Positions 1-7,937 are shown, counted from the stretch's first letter. The stretch: 28,468 nucleotides of DNA from an uncultured Clostridium sp. (GCA_964519325.1 CAZFHQ010000002.1:1-28468); one strand, 5' to 3'. Numbers and translations are program-made. Notes: a model not told the origin generated them from the letters alone.

Positions 1-308
1 AGTATGAGGCCGCCCACGGCACCGTGCAGCGCCATTACTACAAGCACCTGAAGGGCGAAAAGACCTCCACCAACTCGGTCGCCACCCTGTTTGCCTGGAC
101 TGGCGCCCTGCGCAAAAGAGGCGAGCTGGACAACACGCCGGACCTCATGGCCTTTGCCGATAAGCTGGAGCGGGCAACCATCCAGACGATCGAAGACGGC
201 ATTATGACCGGCGACCTGGCCGCCCTCTCCACCCTGGAGAATAAGCAGGTCGTCACCACAGAAGAATTCCTGCTCGCGATCAAGGGCCGGTTGGAAGCGA
301 TCCTGTAA
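1..308 (+). CDS. icd: NADP-dependent isocitrate dehydrogenase, C-terminal part (5' end outside window)
   Basis: Frame from nt 3 reads [12 protein letters not shown]...[12 protein letters not shown]...IMTGDLA, the conserved C-terminal motifs of type II NADP-IDH. Confidence 0.92.
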   Translation, partial: YEAAHGTVQRHYYKHLKGEKTSTNSVATLFAWTGALRKRGELDNTPDLMAFADKLERATIQTIEDGIMTGDLAALSTLENKQVVTTEEFLLAIKGRLEAIL

Positions 309-346
309 CAGCAGGGGCATTTGATGATTTGGAGATGAAATGAACC

Positions 347-988
347 ATGGCGAAACGTGACAATATTTCCATGTCGGTGATCCGCAGGCTGCCGCGCTAT
401 TACCGTTATCTTACCGAACTGATGCAGCGCAATATCACCCGGATCTCCTCCAAGGAGCTGTCCATCAAAATGGGGCTGACCGCATCCCAGATCCGGCAGG
501 ATCTCAACTGCTTTGGCGGCTTCGGCCAACAGGGCTATGGCTATATTGTAGACCAGCTGCGGGATGAAATTGCGCAGATCCTTGGCTTGAACCGATCCAA
601 AAAAGCGGTCGTTCTCGGTGCGGGCAACCTGGGGCAAGCTGTTGCGGCTTACCTGCAGTTTGAAACGCGGGGATTCCATCTTGTCGGCATTTTTGACAAC
701 AACCCGAACATCATCGGCACCACGGTATTTGACGAAACAAAGGTGCTGGACGTTGCGGGGCTGGTGGCCTTTTGCGAACGGGAAAAGCCGGAAATGGCTG
801 TGCTGTGTACGCCAAAGGAGCCTGCCGACCTGCTGGTAGAGCAGGTGTATCAATGCGGCATCCGCGCGTTTTGGAATTTCAGCCACTTTAACATCTCCAG
901 AAAATACAAGGACGTGATCGTGGAGGCTGTCCACCTGAACGACAGCCTGATGACGCTCAGTTATCTGATGAGCGACCGCGAAGCATAA
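347..988 (+). CDS. rex: Redox-sensing transcriptional repressor Rex
   Basis: ISMSVIRRLPRYYRYL N-terminus, winged helix QIRQDLNCFGGFGQQGYGY, Rossmann VLGAGNLGQA, C-terminal AFWNFS...VEAVHL. Confidence 0.95.
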   Translation: MAKRDNISMSVIRRLPRYYRYLTELMQRNITRISSKELSIKMGLTASQIRQDLNCFGGFGQQGYGYIVDQLRDEIAQILGLNRSKKAVVLGAGNLGQAVAAYLQFETRGFHLVGIFDNNPNIIGTTVFDETKVLDVAGLVAFCEREKPEMAVLCTPKEPADLLVEQVYQCGIRAFWNFSHFNISRKYKDVIVEAVHLNDSLMTLSYLMSDREA

Positions 989-1010
989 AAACGCCCGCCT
1001 TTCCTGCAAG

Positions 1011-1043
1011 AGCAGCCTGATGGTTTCATCGGGCTGCTTTTTT
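1011..1043 (+). terminator. Rho-independent terminator after icd-rex
   Basis: AGCAGCCTGATG-GTTT-CATCGGGCTGCT hairpin followed by a T run. Confidence 0.8.
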
Positions 1044-1172
1044 GTTGCCTGTTTCACAGCAAGCGCCAGCGCTGCCCACAGGCAAAGTGACGTTTTTGTT
1101 ATGGAAAAGTCACCGTTCTGTAAGATTCCTCCTGTAACATAAAACCATCAAACAGGAAAGGACTGCTCCATT

Positions 1173-1283
1173 ATGAAAAACCCAACTGCTGCGAAAGCCC
1201 GCCGCGGCGCCATGTTCTTTGCCGCTATCCTCGTGTTTTTCGCGTTCATGCCCCAACTTCCGCCCCGCCGCCGTTTCCCATAA
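1173..1283 (+). CDS. Putative 36-aa small peptide MKNPTAAKARRGAMFFAAILVFFAFMPQLPPRRRFP (below ORF-track cutoff)
   Basis: AGGAAAGGA RBS about 10 nt before ATG 1173; basic N-terminus, hydrophobic core, Pro/Arg tail. No homology evidence. Confidence 0.35.
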   Translation: MKNPTAAKARRGAMFFAAILVFFAFMPQLPPRRRFP

Positions 1284-1390
1284 TCGCCCAAAGCCGCGCC
1301 ATTTCGCGCGCTGTGCGGCGAATTGGTTATGAAACAGCCACTGGCCTGGAAGCGGCCAGGCACACCAGAAAGACAAGGAAGGAAAAACAG

Positions 1391-2119
1391 ATGAAAAAGA
1401 CAAGGAACAAAAAAACGGGGCATTGGCCCGCTATGCTCTCGGCAGCGTTTCTCTTGCTGACGCTGATCCCCGGCGTCTTTATTTTTTGGGGGTGCGGCGG
1501 CGATAACACACCCGCCGCGCTCCAAGCCTTGCGGCAGCGCAACCCGGAAACCGCCGACTTTGTTGCCGCTTATTCCCAGGAAGCCGGCAAGCGCCATACC
1601 ATCGACCTCTCCGGCGAATACACACCGGGCCAGATCCCCCTGTTTCTCCAGTGGGACATCCGCTGGGGCTATGAGATGTACGGCGGCGACTACCTGGCCC
1701 TGACGGGCTGCGGGCCGACCTGCCTTTCCATGGTAGCCGTCGGGCTGACCGGCAACACCGCTTATGACCCGCTGACAGTGGCCAACTTTGCCGAACAAAA
1801 CGGCTATTACTGCGCCGGCTCCGGTTCCTATTGGAGCTTGATCAGCGAGGGCTGTGGGCAGTTTGGCCTGGCCGCAGAGGAGCTGCCGCTGGACGAAACC
1901 GTCATCCGCTCCCATCTGCAAGGGGGCGATCCCATCATTTGCGCCGTGGGCGCTGGCGATTTCACAACGGACGGACACTTCCTTGTGCTCACCGGCGTCA
2001 ACGCTGACGGTACGATCACCCTCCATGATCCCAACAGCCGCATCAACAGCCAAAAAAGCTGGGACTTGCAGCGCGTTATGAGCCAAATCAGCAACCTGTG
2101 GGCGCTCCGCGCCGTTTAG
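1391..2119 (+). CDS. C39-like (papain-fold) cysteine peptidase lipoprotein, paralog 1
   Basis: AAGGAAGGA RBS before ATG 1391; signal peptide ending in a non-canonical lipobox FWGC; FLQWD, GCGPTC, GHF and HDPNS give the Q/C/H/D catalytic set typical of Peptidase_C39_2-type proteins. Confidence 0.85.
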   Translation: MKKTRNKKTGHWPAMLSAAFLLLTLIPGVFIFWGCGGDNTPAALQALRQRNPETADFVAAYSQEAGKRHTIDLSGEYTPGQIPLFLQWDIRWGYEMYGGDYLALTGCGPTCLSMVAVGLTGNTAYDPLTVANFAEQNGYYCAGSGSYWSLISEGCGQFGLAAEELPLDETVIRSHLQGGDPIICAVGAGDFTTDGHFLVLTGVNADGTITLHDPNSRINSQKSWDLQRVMSQISNLWALRAV

Positions 2120-3104
2120 CTGGAAGCGCCACCAACCCAAGGCCCCCGTCCAGCACCGAACCTGGTACAAGGCGGATGACAAAACTGTAGCAATTTATTC
2201 ATAGTTTCCTAAAAACTATTTGTTATACTTTTGACGAAAGCAGGGCAACCTGTAATAGATAGGGTTGTTCCGTCCCCGCGCCCTACAGCCTCCCAAGGAA
2301 AGGATGACAAACGATGCGACCGACCAACTACAGCAAACCAGGCAGTCCGCGGCTTGCCGCGGCGGTGATCGCCCTGTTGTGCGCCACGATCCCCTGTATC
2401 GTGCTGTTCGCGGGCTGCTCCGGCAGCGGGAACGCCCCCTCCAGTGAAACTGCCGGCAGCGCCGTCGAAAGCTCGCAGGCAGCGATCGACGCCATCAACC
2501 TGAGCAGCCTGCCCGACTCGCTGGTGGAAAAGCTGGAAAAATATCCGGAGACAGCGGAGTTTGCGGCAGCCTATGAGCAAGAGCACAACAAGCATCATGA
2601 AATTGATTTGACCGGCGACTATACGCCGGGAGAGATCCCGTTCCTGCTTCAGTGGGACGTCCGCTGGGGCTATGAGATGTACGGCGAGGACATGATCGGG
2701 ATCAATGGCTGCGGGCCGACCTGCCTCTCCATGGTGCTGGTAGGGCTGACCGGCAACACCGCTTATGACCCGCTGACAGTGGCCAACTTTGCCGAACAAA
2801 ACGGCTACTATTGCAGCGGAGCCGGCTCTTACTTCTCCCTGATGGACAGCGGCGCCGCCCAGTTAGGGCTTTATTCTGAGGAACTGCCGCTGGACGAAAC
2901 CGTTATCCGCTCCCATCTGCAAGGGGGCGACCCAATTATCTGCGTTGTGGGCGAAGGGGACTTCACCACCGGCAGCCATTTCATTGTGCTCACCGGCGTC
3001 AACGCTGACGGTACCATCACCCTCCATGACCCCAACAGCCGCATCAACAGCCAAAAAAGCTGGGACTTGCAGCGCGTTATGAGCCAAATCAGCAACCTGT
3101 GGGC
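1649..3104 (+). repeat. Mosaic direct repeat between the two peptidase genes (constant 1001-bp offset)
   Basis: 1649-1685 vs 2650-2686 (1 mismatch/37), 1706-1734 vs 2707-2735 (1/29), 1742-1806 vs 2743-2807 (0/65), 1883-1929 vs 2884-2930 (1/47), 1983-2103 vs 2984-3104 (2/121), aligned by eye. Confidence 0.9.
2220..2237 (+). promoter_or_regulatory. Extended -10 promoter (TGtTATACT) overlapped by a Rex-like operator
   Basis: TTGTTAT-ACTT-TTGACGA vs clostridial Rex consensus TTGTTAA-N4-TTAACAA (11/14); TGTTATACT at 2221-2229. Confidence 0.4.
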
Positions 3105-3126
3105 TTTCTCCGTTGCGGGGGGCTGA
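2314..3126 (+). CDS. C39-like cysteine peptidase lipoprotein, paralog 2
   Basis: GGAAAGGA RBS; signal peptide with lipobox FAGC and Ser/Ala linker; LLQWD, GCGPTC, SHF, HDPNS. Confidence 0.85.
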   Translation: MRPTNYSKPGSPRLAAAVIALLCATIPCIVLFAGCSGSGNAPSSETAGSAVESSQAAIDAINLSSLPDSLVEKLEKYPETAEFAAAYEQEHNKHHEIDLTGDYTPGEIPFLLQWDVRWGYEMYGEDMIGINGCGPTCLSMVLVGLTGNTAYDPLTVANFAEQNGYYCSGAGSYFSLMDSGAAQLGLYSEELPLDETVIRSHLQGGDPIICVVGEGDFTTGSHFIVLTGVNADGTITLHDPNSRINSQKSWDLQRVMSQISNLWAFSVAGG

Positions 3127-3135
3127 CCGCAAAGC

Positions 3136-3171
3136 AAAAAGACGATGGAAACAGATTCCATCGTCTTTTTT
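3136..3171. terminator. Bidirectional terminator between convergent genes
   Basis: AAAAA-GACGATGGAA-ACAGA-TTCCATCGTC-TTTTTT. Confidence 0.85.
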
Positions 3172-3182
3172 CATTTACAGAA

Positions 3183-3734
3183 TTATTTTTGATAATAGCC
3201 CGGTTTCCCAACGCCCAGGGCCGACCAGTGGGACGCTTGCCAGCGCTCCAGAGCCACGTCCTCGTCGGTGTTCGGTTCTCTGCCGGAATCTCGGACTTCT
3301 TGGATGAGATTCTCCACGTCCTGCGGGGTGCTGTCCCGGTAAAGGCTGATACCCAGGGTGCAGAAGGCGTAACGGTATTCCGCTTGACTGGCGTCAATGT
3401 CGTCGCCGTTTTGCCCATGAAGCAGCTGATAAACCGTGTCCGCGTCTGCCCGCAGGGGATAGATGCCGAACAGCTTAGGCTGGAGGGTACTGTCCGCGCC
3501 GCCGAGAAACTCGATGCATTCCACCCGTCCTTCCTTGTCAAACCGGACGGCAATATCACTGCCCTGATAGAAGATGTGATCCGCATCCTCCGGCTCTCCG
3601 AGGACAGCCCGCACCTGCTCAAATGTGTCGCCGAAGCGCAGGGCGCCGCCCGCCCACCGGATGCCCTCCAGCGGTGTGACGGCCACCGCCTGACAGGACG
3701 GCCGCCCTTTCTTTTTTCGCACTGTCACTTTCAT
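3183..3734 (-). CDS. Hypothetical protein (183 aa)
   Basis: AGGAGG RBS and ATG 3734 overlapping the stop of the upstream gene (ATGA); globular composition with TPLEGI..LRFGDTFEQVRAVLGEP. Family not recognised. Confidence 0.75.
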   Translation of the reverse strand: MKVTVRKKKGRPSCQAVAVTPLEGIRWAGGALRFGDTFEQVRAVLGEPEDADHIFYQGSDIAVRFDKEGRVECIEFLGGADSTLQPKLFGIYPLRADADTVYQLLHGQNGDDIDASQAEYRYAFCTLGISLYRDSTPQDVENLIQEVRDSGREPNTDEDVALERWQASHWSALGVGKPGYYQK

Positions 3735-4153
3735 TTGGCTTCCTCCTGGAACAGCACCTGCTCCACAATTGCCGCCGCGTCCCGCACACAATCCGGACAG
3801 GTGTGCAGCACCGTTCCCGTTTCCACGCCTTTGATCTCCTTACAGATGACAGAGCCGCCTGCCCGCTCGGCAAAAGCGTTCATCAGCGCCTTGGAAAGCC
3901 GGTAGGTGCTGCCCTTGCTGTCCGGCTGTTCCAGGCGCGCGCTGCTGTTCTGCAGGCCGGCCAGCACACAGGCGGCGGCAATCGCCCCGCAGGTACCCTC
4001 CATATTGCCCATGCCCAAGCCAAGCCCCTCGGTCAGGCGGAACATGGTTGCTTCATCAAGGCCGACCAGGTCACAATAAGTGCAGGCCACCGCCTGCGCG
4101 CAGTTGTAGCCCTGTTTGTGCCTTTGCACAGCAGCTTCCACTCTGGTTTTCAT
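3731..4153 (-). CDS. C_GCAxxG_C_C family putative redox-active protein
   Basis: AAGGAGGAG RBS; YNCAQAV, GTCGAIAAA, VICKEI, CPDCV motifs. Confidence 0.85.
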   Translation of the reverse strand: MKTRVEAAVQRHKQGYNCAQAVACTYCDLVGLDEATMFRLTEGLGLGMGNMEGTCGAIAAACVLAGLQNSSARLEQPDSKGSTYRLSKALMNAFAERAGGSVICKEIKGVETGTVLHTCPDCVRDAAAIVEQVLFQEEAK

Positions 4154-4178
4154 GGTGATCTCCTCCTTTTCCCGCTGC

Positions 4179-4203
4179 AAAAACAGCCGGACGATCGTCC
4201 GGC
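4179..4203 (-). terminator. Likely terminator after pyrG
   Basis: Perfect palindrome GCCGGACGATCGTCCGGC (4186-4203) followed by TGTTTTT on the minus strand. Confidence 0.6.
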
Positions 4204-4229
4204 CATCCTTGCATCACACAATCCAGTTG

Positions 4230-5831
4230 TTATGCCCGCTGGGCTTTGGCATCCTGCGCCGCTTTGACAAAGCTCTGGAACAAAGGGTGCGGATGATTCG
4301 GCCGGGATTTAAACTCCGGATGGAACTGCACCGCCAGGTACCACGGATGGTCCGGCAGCTCCATCATCTCCACAATGTGGTTGTCTGGGGAACGGCCGCA
4401 GAACACAACGCCCGCTTTCTCCAGATCCTCCCGGTAATCGTTGTTCACCTCAAAGCGGTGGCGGTGGCGCTCATACACCAGCGGCTCGCCGTAGATCCGC
4501 TCCGCCATAGACCCTGGCAGCAGCTTGCAGGGGTACCGGCCCAGGCGCATGGTGCCGCCAAGCTGCACCACTTCCTTTTGCTCCGGCATCAGGTCGATGA
4601 CATGGTTGGTGCTCTGGGGGTCCAGCTCCGCGGAGTTGGCGTCGGCAAGGCCCAGCACGTTGCGGCTATATTCCACCACCGCAAGCTGCATCCCCAGGCA
4701 GATGCCAAAGAACGGCACCTTGTTTTCCCGGCAGTAACGGATGGCCTCGATCTTGCCCTCGACGCCCCGCTGGCCAAACCCGCCCGGCACCAGGACGCCG
4801 TCGGCGTTCTGCAGCACCTCCGCCACGTTGTCGGCGGTGATGTCCTCCGAATCAATCCAGTCGATGTTGACCTTCACCTTGTTGCCAATGCCGCCGTGGG
4901 TCAGCGCTTCCGCCACGCTGAGATAGGAATCGCGGAGGTCTACATATTTGCCTACCACCGCAATCGTCACTGTCTCCGCTACGGTCGTCGCCGTGTTGAC
5001 CATCGCCACCCAGTCTGCCAGATCGGGGCCGGCGGTGTCCAGGCCAAAGTGCTTGCAGACAATATCGTCCAACCGCTCGTCCCGCAGGGCCAGCGGCACC
5101 GCGTACAGGGATGGCAGGTCCAGGTTCTGGATCACATGGCTCTCCGGCACATTACAGAACAGGGCGATTTTTTTCTTGTCGTCCTCGGTGATCTTCTGCT
5201 CGGCGCGCAGCACGATCACATCCGGCTGGATGCCGATGGACAGCAGCTCCTTCACGCTGTGCTGGGTCGGCTTTGTTTTGTGCTCGCCGGAAGCGGAGAG
5301 GTACGGCACCAGCGTCACATGGAGGAACAGGCAGTTGGCGCGGCCCACCTCAGCGGCAAACTGGCGGATCGCTTCCAGGAAGGGCTGGCTTTCAATATCG
5401 CCCACCGTGCCGCCGATCTCTACAATGGACACGTCCACATTATCCTGGGAAATGTGCTTTTTGATCTCGTTTGTGATGTGGGGGATCACCTGCACCGTGC
5501 CGCCGTTGTACAGGCCGTTGCGCTCATTCTGGAGCACGTTCCAGTAAATCCTGCCAGAGGTCACATTGCTGTTCTGCGACAGGTTCTCGTCGATGAAGCG
5601 CTCGTAGTGGCCCAGGTCCAGATCTGTCTCCGCGCCGTCCTCTGTCACGAATACCTCGCCGTGCTGAATGGGATTCATGGTGCCGGGGTCCACATTCAAG
5701 TAGGGGTCAAACTTTTGCATGGTTACTTTCAGCCCTCTTGCCTTGAGCAACCGGCCCAATGATGCGGCTGTGATTCCCTTGCCCAATCCGGAAACAACAC
5801 CGCCTGTCACAAAGATATATTTCGCAGACAT
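4230..5831 (-). CDS. pyrG: CTP synthase
   Basis: [29 protein letters not shown], glutaminase GICLGMQ, HRHRFE, QFHPEF; AGGAGG RBS. Confidence 0.98.
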   Translation of the reverse strand: MSAKYIFVTGGVVSGLGKGITAASLGRLLKARGLKVTMQKFDPYLNVDPGTMNPIQHGEVFVTEDGAETDLDLGHYERFIDENLSQNSNVTSGRIYWNVLQNERNGLYNGGTVQVIPHITNEIKKHISQDNVDVSIVEIGGTVGDIESQPFLEAIRQFAAEVGRANCLFLHVTLVPYLSASGEHKTKPTQHSVKELLSIGIQPDVIVLRAEQKITEDDKKKIALFCNVPESHVIQNLDLPSLYAVPLALRDERLDDIVCKHFGLDTAGPDLADWVAMVNTATTVAETVTIAVVGKYVDLRDSYLSVAEALTHGGIGNKVKVNIDWIDSEDITADNVAEVLQNADGVLVPGGFGQRGVEGKIEAIRYCRENKVPFFGICLGMQLAVVEYSRNVLGLADANSAELDPQSTNHVIDLMPEQKEVVQLGGTMRLGRYPCKLLPGSMAERIYGEPLVYERHRHRFEVNNDYREDLEKAGVVFCGRSPDNHIVEMMELPDHPWYLAVQFHPEFKSRPNHPHPLFQSFVKAAQDAKAQRA

Positions 5832-5869
5832 ACGTTCCTCCTATTTTCCGCCAAACGGCATTAAAATGC

Positions 5870-5917
5870 AAAACAAAGAGGCTCCCGTGACCAATTACCA
5901 TTTAACTGAACGGGAGC
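5870..5917 (-). promoter_or_regulatory. pyrG leader attenuator-like hairpin
   Basis: GCUCCCGU-UCAGUUA/UAAUUGG-uc-ACGGGAGC followed by CUCUUUGUUUU, between promoter and RBS. Confidence 0.55.
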
Positions 5918-5933
5918 AAAAATAATACATTTC

Positions 5934-5963
5934 ATTATATATCGTTTTGTCGCAGGTTGTCAA
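5934..5963 (-). promoter_or_regulatory. SigA promoter of pyrG
   Basis: TTGACA-18 bp-TATAAT on the minus strand. Confidence 0.75.
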
Positions 5964-6004
5964 TAATCTCACAGAAATAGTTTTGGAAAACCGCCAAAAA
6001 ATTG

Positions 6005-6844
6005 CTATCCCTGATAAGTTTCAAAGGTAATGCGCTCGATCCTGTAATCGTCGCTGACCGGCGCGTCGTTCGCGTCAGTCTCCGCCGCGGCAATGGCGTC
6101 GACCACATCCATGCCCTCAAACACCTGGCCAAATACCGTGTGGCCCAGGCCGGTGGTAGTGTAAGCGCCGTCCAGCGTTGGGTTGCCGCCGTTTTCCTCA
6201 TACAGCGCCTTGACCTCGTCCGTCACCTTGCTCATGTCCGGCCAGCTGCCATAGCTCTGGGTAAAGCGCTCCGGATCGCTCAAATACACCTGCTCATAAA
6301 CCTGCTGAAAATAGCTCCACCCGCTGAAGGACTCCGCCGGCGTCTGGTTAATGAAAAACTGGGTGGTGTTGGTATCCGGCTGCATAATGTTTGCCATGGA
6401 GACCGCGCCCCGCAGGTTCAGCAGCGACTCGCTGAACTCGTCCTCAAAATACCCGCCGTAAATGCTGGTGCTGTCGCTCTGTCCGGTCTGGATCATAAAG
6501 CCGTCGATGATCCGGTGGAAATCCAGCCCGTCATAGACGCCTGCCTCCGCAAGCTGCTTAAAGTTCGCCACCGTTTTGGGCGCCTGCTCCGGGAAAAGCC
6601 GCAGCTTGATGGCGCCCTGGGTCGTCTCGATCACAGCGATCTCCTCGCCGATCTCCGGCGGGTCGAGCTGGTCGCCCGCCTTTTGAATCTCCGCCGTGAC
6701 CGCGGCGCTGTTCTCCGCCTGGCTGCTCACCGGCGACGTCTCCTCCGGCGCCGTGCTGCCGGTATCGGCGCTGCCGCAGCCGGCCAGCGCCACGGCGCAC
6801 CCGAGCAGCGCGGCCAGCATACCTGCTATCATTGGTTTGCGCAT
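6005..6844 (-). CDS. Cyclophilin-type peptidyl-prolyl isomerase lipoprotein
   Basis: AGGAGG RBS before ATG 6844; lipobox LAGC; APKTVANF, YDGLDFHRIIDGFMIQ, RGAVSMAN, QFFI, HTVFGQVFEGMDVVDAI. Confidence 0.9.
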   Translation of the reverse strand: MRKPMIAGMLAALLGCAVALAGCGSADTGSTAPEETSPVSSQAENSAAVTAEIQKAGDQLDPPEIGEEIAVIETTQGAIKLRLFPEQAPKTVANFKQLAEAGVYDGLDFHRIIDGFMIQTGQSDSTSIYGGYFEDEFSESLLNLRGAVSMANIMQPDTNTTQFFINQTPAESFSGWSYFQQVYEQVYLSDPERFTQSYGSWPDMSKVTDEVKALYEENGGNPTLDGAYTTTGLGHTVFGQVFEGMDVVDAIAAAETDANDAPVSDDYRIERITFETYQG

Positions 6845-6881
6845 TGGGATCCCTCCTGAAATTGTCATGTTTATTATGTTC

Positions 6882-6910
6882 ATTCTACCGAAATCCCGTT
6901 GGATTATCAA
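6882..6910 (-). promoter_or_regulatory. SigA promoter of the cyclophilin gene
   Basis: TTGATA-17 bp-TAGAAT on the minus strand. Confidence 0.7.
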
Positions 6911-6980
6911 GTGTATTTTCGCATTTTCCCCGCTGGGACAGCATATAGATAACTGGACTAGAATAAGGGAGGCTAACAGA

Positions 6981-7901
6981 ATGAGCAACTACTATCCGGA
7001 GGGCCGGCTGATCGACACGCCGCAAAATAAAGCCGCGCTGTTCAATCAGTCTGCCCTTGCAGAGGCCTGCCGTGACGGACAGATCCTGGAAGCGCGTGCT
7101 GTCGTGTGTGACAGTGAACATAATTTGATCGTAGACTTAGGCTGCATGAAGGGGATCATCCCCAGGGAGGAAAGCGCCATCGGTATTCGGGAAGGCACAG
7201 TGCGGGACATCGCCATCATCTCCCGCGTCAACCGGCCGGTATGCTTTGTGGTCACCGGCTTTGCCGCCGCGGCGGACGGCGCCGCTGTGGCCATGCTCTC
7301 CCGCAGGCTGGCCCAGGAGCAGTGCCGGCAGGCTTACATTGCCGGCCTTTCCGCCGGCGACGTGATCGACGCCACCGTGACCCACCTGGAAGCCTTTGGC
7401 GTATTTGCCGACATTGGCTGCGGGCTGATCTCCCTCCTGCCCATCGACGCGATCTCTATTTCCCGCATCAACCACCCGCGGGAACGCTTTCACGTTGGCA
7501 TGGAGATCAAGGCGGTAGTCAAAACCATTGAGGACAGCCGGATCACCCTCACGCACAAAGAGCTGCTGGGTACCTGGGAGGAAAACGCCGCACGGTTCTC
7601 CACCGGCGAGACCGTAGCGGGCATCGTCCGGTCAGTGGAGCCTTACGGCATTTTTATCGAGCTGGCCCCCAACCTGGCCGGCCTGGCAGAGCCAAAGGAG
7701 GGCGTCCTGCCGGGGCAGCAGGCCAGCGTCTACATCAAAAACATGATCCCCTCCCGCATGAAGGTAAAGCTCATCATTATCGACACCTTCGACTGCCCGC
7801 CCCACCCGGAGAAGCCCGTCTATTATTTTTCCGGCAGCCACATGGATACGTTCGACTACGCGCCGGAAAACTGCGAAAAAAAGATTACAACGGTATTCTA
7901 G
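6981..7901 (+). CDS. S1 RNA-binding domain protein (RpsA-like, about three S1 repeats)
   Basis: AGGGAGG RBS before ATG 6981; S1 motifs GDVIDATVTHLEAFGVFADIG and GETVAGIVRSVEPYGIFIEL. Confidence 0.85.
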   Translation: MSNYYPEGRLIDTPQNKAALFNQSALAEACRDGQILEARAVVCDSEHNLIVDLGCMKGIIPREESAIGIREGTVRDIAIISRVNRPVCFVVTGFAAAADGAAVAMLSRRLAQEQCRQAYIAGLSAGDVIDATVTHLEAFGVFADIGCGLISLLPIDAISISRINHPRERFHVGMEIKAVVKTIEDSRITLTHKELLGTWEENAARFSTGETVAGIVRSVEPYGIFIELAPNLAGLAEPKEGVLPGQQASVYIKNMIPSRMKVKLIIIDTFDCPPHPEKPVYYFSGSHMDTFDYAPENCEKKITTVF

Positions 7902-7937
7902 CGCCTGACAAAGCGTCGGAAATGTGGACAAAACCGC

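Noticed and set aside
1337-1375. GCCACTG...GGAAG...CCAGAAAGAC, reminiscent of the cobalamin riboswitch 3' half
   Set aside because: The 5' core (GGGAA..GGTG.AA.TCC) and the terminal ACCTGCC are absent.
1313-1390. GTG start at 1313 given by the ORF track for peptidase 1 (also upstream extensions at 6696, 6988, 10196, 11476, 17569, 26028)
   Set aside because: Downstream ATGs have clear RBSs and give proper signal peptides or family N-termini.
1369-1407. 12-bp repeat AAAGACAAGGAA flanking the peptidase-1 start
   Set aside because: Low-complexity purine-rich sequence overlapping the RBS and Lys-rich signal n-region; not distinguishable from chance.
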